From positions 448,001 to 512,000 of the forward strand of contig OY970325.1 in the NCBI GenBank assembly GCA_963717145.1: 64,000 bases of DNA, read 5' to 3'. Under the pieces are notes generated by a model, which was given only the letters and a program-made list of their open reading frames with translations, made no database searches and had not been told where the DNA came from. Shown here one piece after another: positions 18,946-29,524 of this stretch. A program made the translations under genes and the position numbers. The first letter of the stretch is position 1; every line of letters begins with the position of its first letter. This stretch comes from an uncultured Armatimonadetes bacterium (GTDB taxonomy: Bacteria > Armatimonadota > UBA5829 > DTJY01).

Positions 18946-20244
18946 GTGTTGGTGGGGATCCGCCCGAAGAGTGTGAGTAGGAGATACGCCTTGAGCAGAT
19001 GGTTTCTCGTGTTGACAATGCTTTCCGCAAGGATATGCCTGACCGTCGCAGATGCGAAGCCGATCCTCGACCGGAGCGATGAGCCTTTCCGCATCATGAA
19101 CTGGTGGAGTCCGGTCAGGGAGCATCTGACCGAGAAGCAGGTGGACCTCATGGTCGGGAGCGGCCTGAACTTCCTGCTGTTCATGGGATACACCCCCGAG
19201 CACTGCAAGCGCGCGCTCGGCTATGCGTCGAAGTACCCCTGGGTCGAGGCGCTCGTGTGGGATGAGCGCATATTCGGGGCAGACCCGGATATCCCCGGCT
19301 CATCGAAGAACATCGATGCGGTCGTCAAGGACTACCAGAGCTATCACGCGTTCAAGGGCTTCGTCGTTCGGGACGAGCCGCCGGTGAAGGAGTACGCCCG
19401 CCTGGGATGGGTGTTCGACTACACCCGCGAGCGATGGCCCGGCGTCATCCCATACGTGAACCTCTATCCCAACTATGTGAACGCCGCCGATGTGGGGGCG
19501 AAGGACTATGCCGACTACATCCGCCGGTACATCGCCCTCCGCCCGCCGATGGTATCGTACGATCACTATCCCTTCCTGACCGAGGCCCTCGCGCCGGAGT
19601 GGTTCCATAACCTGGAGGAAGTGCGCCGGGAATGCCTGACCGCGGGGATTCCGCCGTGGGTGATAGTCCAGTTCTCGGCATGGCCGGGGATGCGTGCTGT
19701 GAATCAGGGCGAGCTGCGATGGTGCGTCTTCTCCGCGATGGCGTATGGGTACAAGAGCGTGTGCTACTTCTGCTATGCCACTCCTGAGGAGGTATTCACC
19801 CAGTGCGCGATCAACCTTGACGACACGGTGAATGCGGAGCGCTATGCCCTCCTGAAGCGGGTGAACAAGGATGTCGCTGCGCTCGGCCCGGTGATGATGG
19901 CGCTCACCTCCAAACGGGTCTATCACACTGAGCCGCTGCCGGCGGGGACACAGGGCGTCCCCTCAGACGGCTGGGTTCGGGCGTTCTCCGGCGGCGAGTG
20001 GATGGTCGGGGAGATGCGGGGCGAGCACAGCTCCTACGTCATGCTCGTCAACCGGAATCCGAACAAGGCGCAGAGTGCCTCGGTAAGCTGGTCCCCGGAT
20101 GTCAAGGCGGTCTACCGCGTGTCCGAGGACCTCTCTCTGCAGCCGGTCCGACTGCGAGCCGGGAAGTCGGGCCAGCGCGAGAGTTCGGTCAGTCTGCCCG
20201 CCGGTTCAGGTGCGCTCTACTGCATCGAGTTCGCAGGAGGATGA
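18946..20244 (+). CDS. Secreted glycoside-hydrolase-like protein (TIM-barrel type; start uncertain)
   Basis: GFVVRDEP, YVNLYPNY, SYDHYPF, AMAYGYKSVCYF motifs typical of uncharacterised GH-like proteins. Confidence 0.6.
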   Translation: MLVGIRPKSVSRRYALSRWFLVLTMLSARICLTVADAKPILDRSDEPFRIMNWWSPVREHLTEKQVDLMVGSGLNFLLFMGYTPEHCKRALGYASKYPWVEALVWDERIFGADPDIPGSSKNIDAVVKDYQSYHAFKGFVVRDEPPVKEYARLGWVFDYTRERWPGVIPYVNLYPNYVNAADVGAKDYADYIRRYIALRPPMVSYDHYPFLTEALAPEWFHNLEEVRRECLTAGIPPWVIVQFSAWPGMRAVNQGELRWCVFSAMAYGYKSVCYFCYATPEEVFTQCAINLDDTVNAERYALLKRVNKDVAALGPVMMALTSKRVYHTEPLPAGTQGVPSDGWVRAFSGGEWMVGEMRGEHSSYVMLVNRNPNKAQSASVSWSPDVKAVYRVSEDLSLQPVRLRAGKSGQRESSVSLPAGSGALYCIEFAGG

Positions 20245-20245
20245 T

Positions 20246-21289
20246 ATGAGGTACAGAACACAGGCGATAGTGGCGCTACTCCTGCTCTGGGGATGTACGT
20301 GTGCCTCTGGGCAGGACCTGAAGTTGTTCGGGACGCTCGGCAAGCTCGAACCTGTCTCCTCGTGGGATAGTGGGAAGGCCAAGTCCGTGGTCCTGGTGTA
20401 CAGGAATCGCGGAGTCGTGTTCCAATCATACGCTGGGAGCATAATGGTTGCGGCGGTGTTCGCCCCTGCCTCCTCCCGGTCTGTCGGTTCACACGCCATG
20501 CGGGCGAGTGACCTGGTACCCGGTGTCGGTGCGCGCGGAGTGATGCTGGGAGCATCCATGGATCAGGTGAAGCAAAGCCCGTTCATCATCGGTGCGAAAC
20601 TGGAAGCGGATCAGGCGGACGGGGCGATGTACAGAGGTGACCGGAACGAGATTCTGATGGTGCGCATCACTGGCGATAGCGTATCGCAGCTCGATATCAT
20701 GGGGGCGTTTCGGACACCGGAGGGCGTCACAGACAGGAGTACGATCCCGGAGATCGAAAAGGCATACGGTCGTGCGGATCAGTACTATCAGATCACCGAT
20801 GCTCGAAACCCTTTAGCGTTGCTTATCGTCATGCCTGTTCTGCTGGCCCTCGGGTTGGGATTCGGGTTGCTTGCGGGAATCATCATACGCGGCAGGATGC
20901 AGGACGATTCCGGGAGTGGGGCGCTGGTCCATGCGATGGTGATCGCGGGCGCGGGGCTGGCCGCATACTCGTTGCTGTTCGGCTTCGTATTCCTCCGCTC
21001 GATGGGCATGCCCGTCGACTGGAAGATAGTGCCCGTCAACATGGTTTCGGCGGGCATCACGGGCGCGATATGCGTGCTGATAATGAAGGTTCTCAAGAGT
21101 CGCATGACCGGCTGCCTGGGCGCCCTGGTCATCCTGTTCTCGATGGAGCTGGTTTCGCTGGTGGTCACGTTGCTGACGACGGGGACAGGGCCGGTAACCT
21201 TCGATGCCCGGGGAATGCTGGGCGGCATTCTGTACCTGCCCTTTGTGATCGGCTTGTTCGTCACCGGCAGGCCGAAGACCCGGTCGTAA
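20246..21289 (+). CDS. Membrane protein with N-terminal exported domain and several C-terminal TM helices
   Basis: Signal peptide followed by hydrophobic segments; AGGAGG RBS. Confidence 0.7.
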   Translation: MRYRTQAIVALLLLWGCTCASGQDLKLFGTLGKLEPVSSWDSGKAKSVVLVYRNRGVVFQSYAGSIMVAAVFAPASSRSVGSHAMRASDLVPGVGARGVMLGASMDQVKQSPFIIGAKLEADQADGAMYRGDRNEILMVRITGDSVSQLDIMGAFRTPEGVTDRSTIPEIEKAYGRADQYYQITDARNPLALLIVMPVLLALGLGFGLLAGIIIRGRMQDDSGSGALVHAMVIAGAGLAAYSLLFGFVFLRSMGMPVDWKIVPVNMVSAGITGAICVLIMKVLKSRMTGCLGALVILFSMELVSLVVTLLTTGTGPVTFDARGMLGGILYLPFVIGLFVTGRPKTRS

Positions 21290-21379
21290 TAGTGATCGTA
21301 CTGGACGTTGGTGCGGATTTGTAATCCAGCACCCGAGGGCCACCTGGCATCTGTGATGCCGAGGAGGAGACTGTTGCTA

Positions 21380-22585
21380 ATGCGACCTATATGGATCATC
21401 GCGGTGACTGCCTCGCTGCTCCTATGCATAGGCATGTCCGGCTGTCGCGGCTCGAAACGAGCTGAAGCGGGACCGCCTGCCGCGCGGATGTTATACGCAG
21501 TCGCGTCGAAGTCCAAGTGGAGTCTCCGGACCGCCACCTGGCCCAACCCAAAGCCCACTCCCCTGAATCCTCACGTCCTTGGCAGATACCGTCTGGGCAG
21601 CTTCATCCGCGACACTCAGTTCTCGACCGACGGGACGAAGGTGCTCCTTGTCGCCACTACTATGCTCCCGAACGGCAAGGAGACGGAGCTATCGGATATC
21701 AATGAGGTCGGCACCGATCTCTGGATACTCGATCTGAAGGCCAACATACTGAAGCCGCTTACGACTGATGGCTTCGGATACCAAGACGCGAGGTGGTCGC
21801 CGGACGGCCGCTACGTCTCCGCCATCTGTCTCGAGGGTGATGACATCCCTGGGCATCTCGAGCACGTGGCGGTTATGATGGACAGCACCTTTCAGTACGA
21901 TCACAACCTCTACGTCTGGGATACCTACACCGGGAAGCGCGCAAAGTTGGCGGAGTACGTGGATAATGCCATCTGGTTTCCGGACAGCAGGACGATCTAC
22001 TACGAAGGCGTGGAAGGTCAGAGAGAGACGAGTATAATATTTCGTATGGACGTGATCAGGCGCAAGCCGACGAAGATCGTGGTCGGCAACCCAAATGTGT
22101 ACCTGGGAGAGTGGTCACCGAACGGCAGATACCTCGCGTATATCACCGACAGGGTGGAAGCAGGGCGAAGCGGCAATGTTCTGGCGGTGCTTCGCCGAGG
22201 CAGCAAGGAGCCGAAGTTATTCAAGGATTATGTGTCTGGACATATGTGGTCGCCGGATAGCCGCAAGCTCCTGGTCTTCTCGGAGGAAGGTCGTTATCGT
22301 CGATCTGACTCCAATCTGTTAGTCCTTGATATCGCCACAGGGCAAGTGAAGACGCTGCACGTGGTTCTTGGAGAGGATGATGGAATAGCGGCGTGGTCGC
22401 GGGATGGCAAGTGGTTGATCGTCACGCGTTACCTGAAGCCCGATCCGGTTTGGAGCATGCAGGTGGAGGCATACCCCGTCGATGGAGGTAAGCCCGTCGT
22501 CCTTCTCACGTCGCCCGAACGGACGATTGCCATGGTCTGGCACGAGCTGACGCCTCAAGAGGCTAGGGAAGAGGGGAAACCATAG
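21380..22585 (+). CDS. TolB-like beta-propeller lipoprotein (PD40-like repeats)
   Basis: Lipobox-like MSGC; repeated WSPDG/WFPDS/WSPNG/WSRDG motifs. Confidence 0.75.
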   Translation: MRPIWIIAVTASLLLCIGMSGCRGSKRAEAGPPAARMLYAVASKSKWSLRTATWPNPKPTPLNPHVLGRYRLGSFIRDTQFSTDGTKVLLVATTMLPNGKETELSDINEVGTDLWILDLKANILKPLTTDGFGYQDARWSPDGRYVSAICLEGDDIPGHLEHVAVMMDSTFQYDHNLYVWDTYTGKRAKLAEYVDNAIWFPDSRTIYYEGVEGQRETSIIFRMDVIRRKPTKIVVGNPNVYLGEWSPNGRYLAYITDRVEAGRSGNVLAVLRRGSKEPKLFKDYVSGHMWSPDSRKLLVFSEEGRYRRSDSNLLVLDIATGQVKTLHVVLGEDDGIAAWSRDGKWLIVTRYLKPDPVWSMQVEAYPVDGGKPVVLLTSPERTIAMVWHELTPQEAREEGKP

Positions 22586-25014
22586 TGAAGCATCGCACGT
22601 TGATTTCTGGAATGCTGATCATGCTCAGTCTCGGAACAGTCTGCGCACAGGAGGGGAAGATGAACACCATCGAGCCGAATATGGAGATCGCAAAGACGTG
22701 GTGGGCCGACATGGAGAAGAAGTGGACCGTCGTCGGGTGGCCGGAGCACCGCACGCGGTTCAACGTCCTCTACGACGGGACGCTGGTCAACTACTTCGCA
22801 TTCCATCACCACCCGACCGCCCCCGCGGGTTCGAGGCCGGATATCCCCGAGCCGTTCACCCAGTTCGCCTTCACCCCGGCGGCAAGCATCGGCGAGGTCA
22901 CCGCGCCCGCCTACAACATCCCTGCCGACTACCACGATGTCGTCCAGGGATGGGCCGACTCCGAGACGCCGGTGCTCTGGAGCGAATGGGCCTGGCACGG
23001 GTATCTCCTCCGCTCGCAGGTCTTCGTGCACACTCCAGGTGGCAAGAAGCTTGAGCGGGGCGACGAGCCGCTCTTCGCATGGGTCCGGCTCGCCGTCCAC
23101 TACGTTTCGCCCGGCCTTCCGTTGGAGCAGACTCCCGGCTTCGGCATCAGGATCAACTCCTTCGCGGTCAACGCCTCGATGGAGGTGAAGCACAACCTGA
23201 ACACCCTCAACGCCAAGCCGAAGTATCCGCGGGAGTTGAAGGCGGAATATTCGCCGATGGGTAGTGGCCGTGCCTCTGTGCCGGCCAGCGAGGTGACAGA
23301 GGCCGGCACAGAGGCACGGCCACTACTTGTCCTCGAACCGGACGGCCGGGTACGGATGGCCCTCGCGCCTGGATCAGCCGTCAAGGCCGAGTTCAAGGCC
23401 GGCGCTCCCACCGCCGATGACAGCCTCCTGTACGTCCAGCTTCCCCCGACGCAGGGATCGCACGTCGATCTCCTCATCCCCATGCTCCCGACCGACCGCG
23501 ACACCTTCGACAAGGAACTCGCGCTGGGATACGACGGCGCATTCAAGGAGGCGGAGGCCTTCTGGAAGAAGACGTCCGCCGCCACGAAGTTCGAGGTCCC
23601 GGAGGAAGGCATCACCCAGGCGATCAGGCGCAACCTGCAGATCAGCCGCATCACCTCCGAGAAGTGGCCCGACGCCGGGACCTACGTCATGACCGGCGGG
23701 TTCTGGTACGGGATCGCCTGCTGGGGGACTCCCGTGTGCACGGCGATCGTCCGATTCCTCGACCCGCTCGGGTATCATGGCGTCGTGGAGGAGTACCTGA
23801 GGCCGTTCAAGGACACGCAGGGTAGGGTGCTTCCCCCCGGTGACGGATTGAAGCAGCATCCCGGATACCTCGGCGTCCCACCCGAGACGGCGATCATCAA
23901 CTGGCTGCCCGACCACGGCGCGATCCTCTGGACGATGGCCGAGCACGGGCTGCTCACCCACGACGCGAAGTTCATCGAGGAGTACACGCCGGTGATCGTC
24001 AAGGCGTGCGAGTGGATACGCGACGCCCGGCGGACGACGGTCGAGGGCGCGGTGCCGGGGATCATGCCGCCCGCGGGGGCGTCGGACGATGAGTCGCACA
24101 TCCAGAACTGCTGGACCGACGGCTGGATCTACAAGGGGCTCACCTCCGCGGTCGACTTCCTGAAGATGACCGGCAACCCGCGCGCCGCCGAGTTCGAGGC
24201 CGAGGCGAAGGAGTACAAGGCGACATTCCAGAAGGCGTTCCGGGCGAAGGCGAAGACGACCGCGACTTGGACCGACGACGCGGGGAAGGTGCGGCACATG
24301 GTCCCGTTCTCCCTCTCGAAGGAGCAGGACTGGCAGTGGCGATTCCTATTCTACCTTGACACCGGTCCGATGCACCTCGTGTTCTCGGAGTTGATGGACG
24401 CCGATGACCCGCTGATGAAGGATGCGGTCGCATGGTATCGCGAGGGCCCGCCGTCGAAGATGTATCGTCCCTACGGCGACCTCACTCATGTTCCATCGCT
24501 GAGGTACGAGATGTCGAGCTGGGAGTGCTGCTACAGTTGGAACGTCTACCACAACTGGCAGCTCGGCGACCGCCGGTATTTCCTGGAGGGGCTCTATTCG
24601 CAGTTCGCCGGCGCGATGTCACAGCAGACATACACCGTCTGCGAATCACGCGGCGGGATGACGTCGGGCATCTTCTGGATTCCTGCGTTCGATGTCGCGC
24701 GTCAGGCGGTGATCGACGATCAACTGGAGGAGGGGAAGCTCCATCTCCTCCGCCTCTGCCCGCTCGCCTGGCTCGAGGGTAAGGGGTCGAACTTCGAGAA
24801 CATGCCCACGCGCTTCGGCCCGGTTGATCTGCATGCGAAACTTACCGGCAGCCAACTCGATGTCTCGTACTCGATCCGCCCACATTCCCCATCAACCATG
24901 AACCCTCAACCATCAACCATTCTCCATCTCCCGGCGGGCCTCAAGTCCGTCACCCTCAACGGCAAGCCTCTGAAGTGGGATGGGATGGCGGAGAAGGTGG
25001 AGATCCGGCCGTGA
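22585..25014 (+). CDS. Large secreted protein, probable (alpha/alpha)6-barrel glycoside-hydrolase-like
   Basis: Signal peptide; DHGAILW, GIMPP, WTDGWIYKGL, C-terminal PTRFGPV; two in-frame repeat insertions. Confidence 0.6.
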   Translation: MKHRTLISGMLIMLSLGTVCAQEGKMNTIEPNMEIAKTWWADMEKKWTVVGWPEHRTRFNVLYDGTLVNYFAFHHHPTAPAGSRPDIPEPFTQFAFTPAASIGEVTAPAYNIPADYHDVVQGWADSETPVLWSEWAWHGYLLRSQVFVHTPGGKKLERGDEPLFAWVRLAVHYVSPGLPLEQTPGFGIRINSFAVNASMEVKHNLNTLNAKPKYPRELKAEYSPMGSGRASVPASEVTEAGTEARPLLVLEPDGRVRMALAPGSAVKAEFKAGAPTADDSLLYVQLPPTQGSHVDLLIPMLPTDRDTFDKELALGYDGAFKEAEAFWKKTSAATKFEVPEEGITQAIRRNLQISRITSEKWPDAGTYVMTGGFWYGIACWGTPVCTAIVRFLDPLGYHGVVEEYLRPFKDTQGRVLPPGDGLKQHPGYLGVPPETAIINWLPDHGAILWTMAEHGLLTHDAKFIEEYTPVIVKACEWIRDARRTTVEGAVPGIMPPAGASDDESHIQNCWTDGWIYKGLTSAVDFLKMTGNPRAAEFEAEAKEYKATFQKAFRAKAKTTATWTDDAGKVRHMVPFSLSKEQDWQWRFLFYLDTGPMHLVFSELMDADDPLMKDAVAWYREGPPSKMYRPYGDLTHVPSLRYEMSSWECCYSWNVYHNWQLGDRRYFLEGLYSQFAGAMSQQTYTVCESRGGMTSGIFWIPAFDVARQAVIDDQLEEGKLHLLRLCPLAWLEGKGSNFENMPTRFGPVDLHAKLTGSQLDVSYSIRPHSPSTMNPQPSTILHLPAGLKSVTLNGKPLKWDGMAEKVEIRP
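23261..23326. repeat. GTAG...CTAC REP-like inverted repeat inside coding sequence
   Basis: 23261-23286 is the exact reverse complement of 23301-23326. Confidence 0.88.
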
Positions 25015-25039
25015 CTCGGCGACCACATTGAGGTATAAT
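25011..25039 (+). promoter_or_regulatory. Sigma70-type promoter of the MNT-HEPN cassette
   Basis: GTGACT-17 bp-TATAAT, same design as 5103-5131. Confidence 0.65.
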
Positions 25040-25082
25040 GATCTTAGGAAGGATGCAAGGCGCATAGCCCCGACCACACAGC

Positions 25083-25397
25083 ATGAATGCAGACGAAGCA
25101 ATAGGAATAATGGTCGAGCGGATAGCAACACGCTTCAGGCCGGAGAGGATCATCCTGTTCGGCTCGCGCGCTCGCGGAACTGCGGAACCCGACAGCGATG
25201 TCGATCTGCTCGTGGTCTTCTCAACGTGTGTGGATCGGAAGGCTGCGAGCCTATCTATCATGAAAGCCCTCGCCGATCTGCCCGTCGGCAAGGATATCGT
25301 TGTCACTACATCGGCGGAACTGGCGACGCGCGGGAGGCTGGCCAGCACGATTCTGTACCCCGCGTGCCACGAGGGTAAGGTGCTCTATGCCGGATGA
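25083..25397 (+). CDS. Minimal nucleotidyltransferase (MNT) antitoxin
   Basis: ILFGSRARG...SDVDLLVV signature. Confidence 0.88.
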   Translation: MNADEAIGIMVERIATRFRPERIILFGSRARGTAEPDSDVDLLVVFSTCVDRKAASLSIMKALADLPVGKDIVVTTSAELATRGRLASTILYPACHEGKVLYAG

Positions 25398-25791
25398 ACT
25401 GATACTGAAGGAGACAACTCGTTGGCTTCAATACGCCAGCGAAGACCTCGATGCCGCACGCATTCTGCTGCAATTCGAAACCCCGAGGCACGTCTGCCTG
25501 CTCGCGCAGTAGAGCGCGGAGAAAGCGATCAAGAGCATCTATGCTTTTCTGGACATGCCTATCCAGAAGAGCCACGACCTCGACATGCTCAAGAACCTCC
25601 TTCCTGACGGATGGTATACCAAGAGTGAAGCAAAGGATCTCTCCGAGCTGAGCTTCTGGGCGGTTGAGTCGCGTTATCCCGGCGATCTACCGGAAGCGAC
25701 GAAGGAAGATGCAGACAATGCTCTGGCCAAAGCAGAGTACATCCTTCGGTCCGTTCAAGACGATCTCCGAAGACACGGGTTTGCCAGTTGA
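25387..25791 (+). pseudogene. HEPN-domain protein with internal TAG
   Basis: WLQYASEDL...LAQ*SAEKAIK...KSHDL...SRYP; in-frame TAG at 25510-25512 where Q (CAG) is expected. Confidence 0.82.
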
Positions 25792-26163
25792 CCTCGGCCC
25801 CTCGCCCCTGGTGTCCTCTGTGCCTCCATGGTCTCCCTTCTGACTCCTGACGCCTCGCTCTTCACCCTACACTCCCCTTTCCCCACCGAAGGCAGAGGGG
25901 ATTGACCGGGGTAGGTATAATTACCAGATTTTTGTGAAATGATTGACAGAATCGTCAAGAGGCGTTAACATCTCCTCGGGAGTTGTAGTCTCCGTGCCCC
26001 GATCAACCGCTCCATGCAGGTGAAGGCACGGGGATCGTCAGCTCACAAAACCACCACCGGCTTCCTGGGAACATCCATCGCATGGCCTATCCCCTGAGCA
26101 AGTCTCCGGATATGTCACGGGAAGCGGACCACCATCGCAGTACCTTATTGGAGAGGGCAAGAA

Positions 26164-29100
26164 ATGTCACATTGGAAGGGCAATCGTTTTGTCGGATTCA
26201 GTCTGTTGGTCTCCGTCACCTTACTCGCCGCACTGACGCTCCTCATGCTGACTGTTCCGGCGCTCGCGGCCCCGGACGCAGGCGCACCAGGGCAGATCAT
26301 CTCACAGGGAGCGAAGCCGTTCTCGGACACCTGGAAGGCCATGGGGAAGCGGGACGCATCCCTGAGCAAGTCCTCTTCCCGGAAGCCGGAGTTCATCCCC
26401 CGCAAGAAGGATCCGCGTTTCAGCACGAGAACGTCTGTCGGCGGGACCGCCGTGCAGCAGGAGCGCTCGCTGCCGGTCATACAATCACCGCAGCCGATAG
26501 GCACGAGCTTCCAGGCGATCAACTACCAGGACCAGATCAACGCATTCGGCGGCGGATCCTTCCCGCCGGACACCATGGGGGCCATCGGCCCGAGCCACTT
26601 CATGGAAGTGATCAACTCGTCGGTCGCCATCTATGACCGGGTGGGCACGCTCCAGAGCCACGTGAGTCTCAACAACTTCTTCACCGTCGTGGTTGGAGGC
26701 GTCACCTATCCCCGGAACGGCGCATTCGATACCAGAGTGCTCTTCGATCGGCGGAGCGATCGCTGGTTCGCCATCGCCCTCGAGCGGGGGAATCCCTCGC
26801 GCACCCAGAACCATATCCTCCTGGCCGTCTGCCGAACCAACGATCCCACGACGGGTACTTGGGACAAGTATGTGATCCAGGTGGGCGTCGCGAACCAGGG
26901 AGCAACGACCTACTTCAGCGACTACGATACCCTGGGCGTCGATGATAACGGCGTCTACTTCGCAGTCTCGATCTTCGGCTCGGACAACTCCTTCCGCTCG
27001 AAGATCGCCGCGACCGGTAAGGCCTCTCTGATCGCCGCAACGCCGGCTCTGGGGGCGATTTACCAGTGGGACAACATCACGGACATGTTCTCGACTCCTC
27101 AGCCGGTGCAGAACTACGACGGGGCAGGCGCGACCTCCCCAGCCTGGTTCGTCGGCGGATCGTCGACTGTCTACGCTGACGTGCTCTACCGCACCCTCAA
27201 CTGGGCCACGGGAGCACCCGCACTGAGCGGCCCGAGTACGGTAGTGAGCACGCCGGCATATGGCGCGCCGATCAATGCTCCGGCTAACGGGAGTACGACG
27301 AATATCGACGTAGGCGATGACCGGCTGCTGAGTGCCATGATCCGCAACAACCGGCTGTGGACCTGCCGGCATGTGGGAGTGAATTCCAACGGCGGCGACA
27401 CGAATCCTACCCGCACGGGATGTGAGTGGCTGGAGCTGGATCTTCCGGGACACCGGCGTCACTCGCCCAGAGCGGACGGGTGTACGATTCCGCCTCCAGC
27501 GGTCCGCGGTATTACTACTTCCCATCCATCGCGGTAAGCGGCCAGGGCCACGCGGTCATGGGCTTCTCGGGATCGAGGTCAACGGAATACATCGGCGCAT
27601 ACACCTCCGGGCGATACGCCGGTGATGCGGCGGGAGTGATGGGAACTCCCTCCCTCATCAAGGGCGGTGAGGCCGCTTATACCCGGCTGGATGGTTCCAG
27701 CCGTAACCGCTGGGGCGACTACAGCTACACCAGCATCGACCCGAATGATGACATGACTCTCTGGACGATTCAGGAATATGCATCCAATGTGGGCACAAGC
27801 AACTGGGGCACATGGGTCGCCTCGATGATGGCCCCAGCGCCGGCGCTGATGCCCGTGCCGCCTCCAGCGCCCACCTTCTGCGCCGGGACGTTCGGCAATA
27901 TGTTGACGCTCAACGGCGGGAACTTCTACGATCCCGGCCCCGGATTCGCCAACCGCCTGATGGTGATGTTCCCCGGCGGAGCGATCAACGGGATACTGGT
28001 TACCGGCATTGGATGGATGGGCCCGGGCATGGTCAATGTGTTCTTCGATGTCATGCCGATCGCCAGCGCCGGTCCACGGAACATCATGCTGACGAACCCG
28101 GATGGCCAGGTCGCCTTCGTTCCGAATGGCATCAACATATTGGCCGGCCCGACGATCATCGACCAGACCAGGGATCTGACCGCGTGCCTGGGTCAGCCGG
28201 AAGTGATGTGCGTGCACGCCACCGGCACGCCGCCGATCACTTATCAGTGGATGAAGAACGGCCTGCCCATCCCCGGTGCCACGATGAGTTGCTACAACAT
28301 CCCATCCGCCACATGTCTCGACATGGGTATGTACCAGTGCATGGTGACGGACACATGCGGGACGATCCCGAGCATGCCGATCCCGGTGCAGGTTACCGGT
28401 CCGCCTCAGATCATGCAACAGCCGGAGAGCAGGGTGGCGTGCATGGGAGAGATGGTGAACTTCTGCGTCGGAGCTTTCGCCGAGTGCGGAGGCGGCATCA
28501 TGAACTACCAGTGGCGGAAGAACTGGATCGACATCCCGGGCGCAACCAACCCCTGCTATGATACCATCGCCAACCCGATGTCCGCCGGAGCATACACCTG
28601 CCTCATCAGCAACCAGTGCGGCGTGGTGGTGAGCGCCGAGGCCCGGTTGGGAGTAGGTCCGTGCATCCAGAAGATCTCCCAGGTCAAACATGCGCCGGAC
28701 GGCTTCCAGTTCGTGATCAAGGGCAAGGCCGTCGCCGCCGCCTTTGCGAACTACTTCTACATCGAGGAGACGGATGCGAGCAAGGGGATCCGCGCCGAAG
28801 AGCCCTCCCATGGCCTGAGCATCGGCGACTCGGTGGACATTCAGGGCATCGTGCGGACGAACACCTATGGCGAGCGGTACATCGATGTGCAGTTGGCGGT
28901 CAAGAACGGGAGCGGGACGGTCGGTCCACTCCTGATGACGAACCGCGAGCTTGGCGGCGCGGACTGGCAATACATCTCGGGCAACGGCGCGGGACAGCAG
29001 GGAGTGCTGGGCGGAGCGGGGCTGAACAACATCGGCCTGCTGGTGACGAGTACCGGCGCGTTCACATACGTCAGCTCGACCCGCTTCACCATCGATGACG

Positions 29101-29267
29101 GCTCAATGGGCGGCGTCACGGTGGACGTTCCCTCCACGGTGACTCTCGACTCCGGCTGGCAGTACGTGACTGTGACCGGGATAAGCTCCTGCAGGAAGCC
29201 GGGATCAGACGTACTCCGCTGGCTCCTGGTCCGCCAGCAGTCGGACATAGTCCCTCGCCTGCCGTAA
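26164..29267 (+). CDS. Large secreted surface protein with Ig-like domains (frameshift near 27445)
   Basis: Signal peptide; PPDTMGAIGP, RWGDYS; two Ig-like domains (YQWMKNG, YQWRKN); ORFs 26164..27537 and 27426..29267 join with a one-base shift. Confidence 0.75.
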
Positions 29268-29524
29268 TCACGCATCACACGGGGCGGGACTCACACTCCC
29301 GCCCCGTCTCCCCGTCCCTCCTCCCCCCATCTCCCCCTCTCCCGATTCGTGTACCGGTAGCTTGAGAGTATGACCCACCGCCTGATTGTCCGAGTTACCG
29401 AATACCGCGAGCCCGGATTCTCCCCATATTCGCCCATTCGTGTGATTCGTGTTTCCCCGACTCCGCATTCCGAAAAGTGGGTACTATCCCTTCGAATGAC
29501 AATTCACTCATGAGGAGGCGCAAC

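Noticed and set aside
25510-25512. In-frame TAG as pyrrolysine or a recoded stop
   Set aside because: TAG terminates other genes here (mod, res); the position corresponds to the Gln of the HEPN QQxxEK motif
25900-26160. Possible riboswitch in the long leader of the 26164 gene
   Set aside because: A hairpin (CCGTGCC/GGCACGG) is present but I could not match a known riboswitch consensus by eye; needs an Rfam scan
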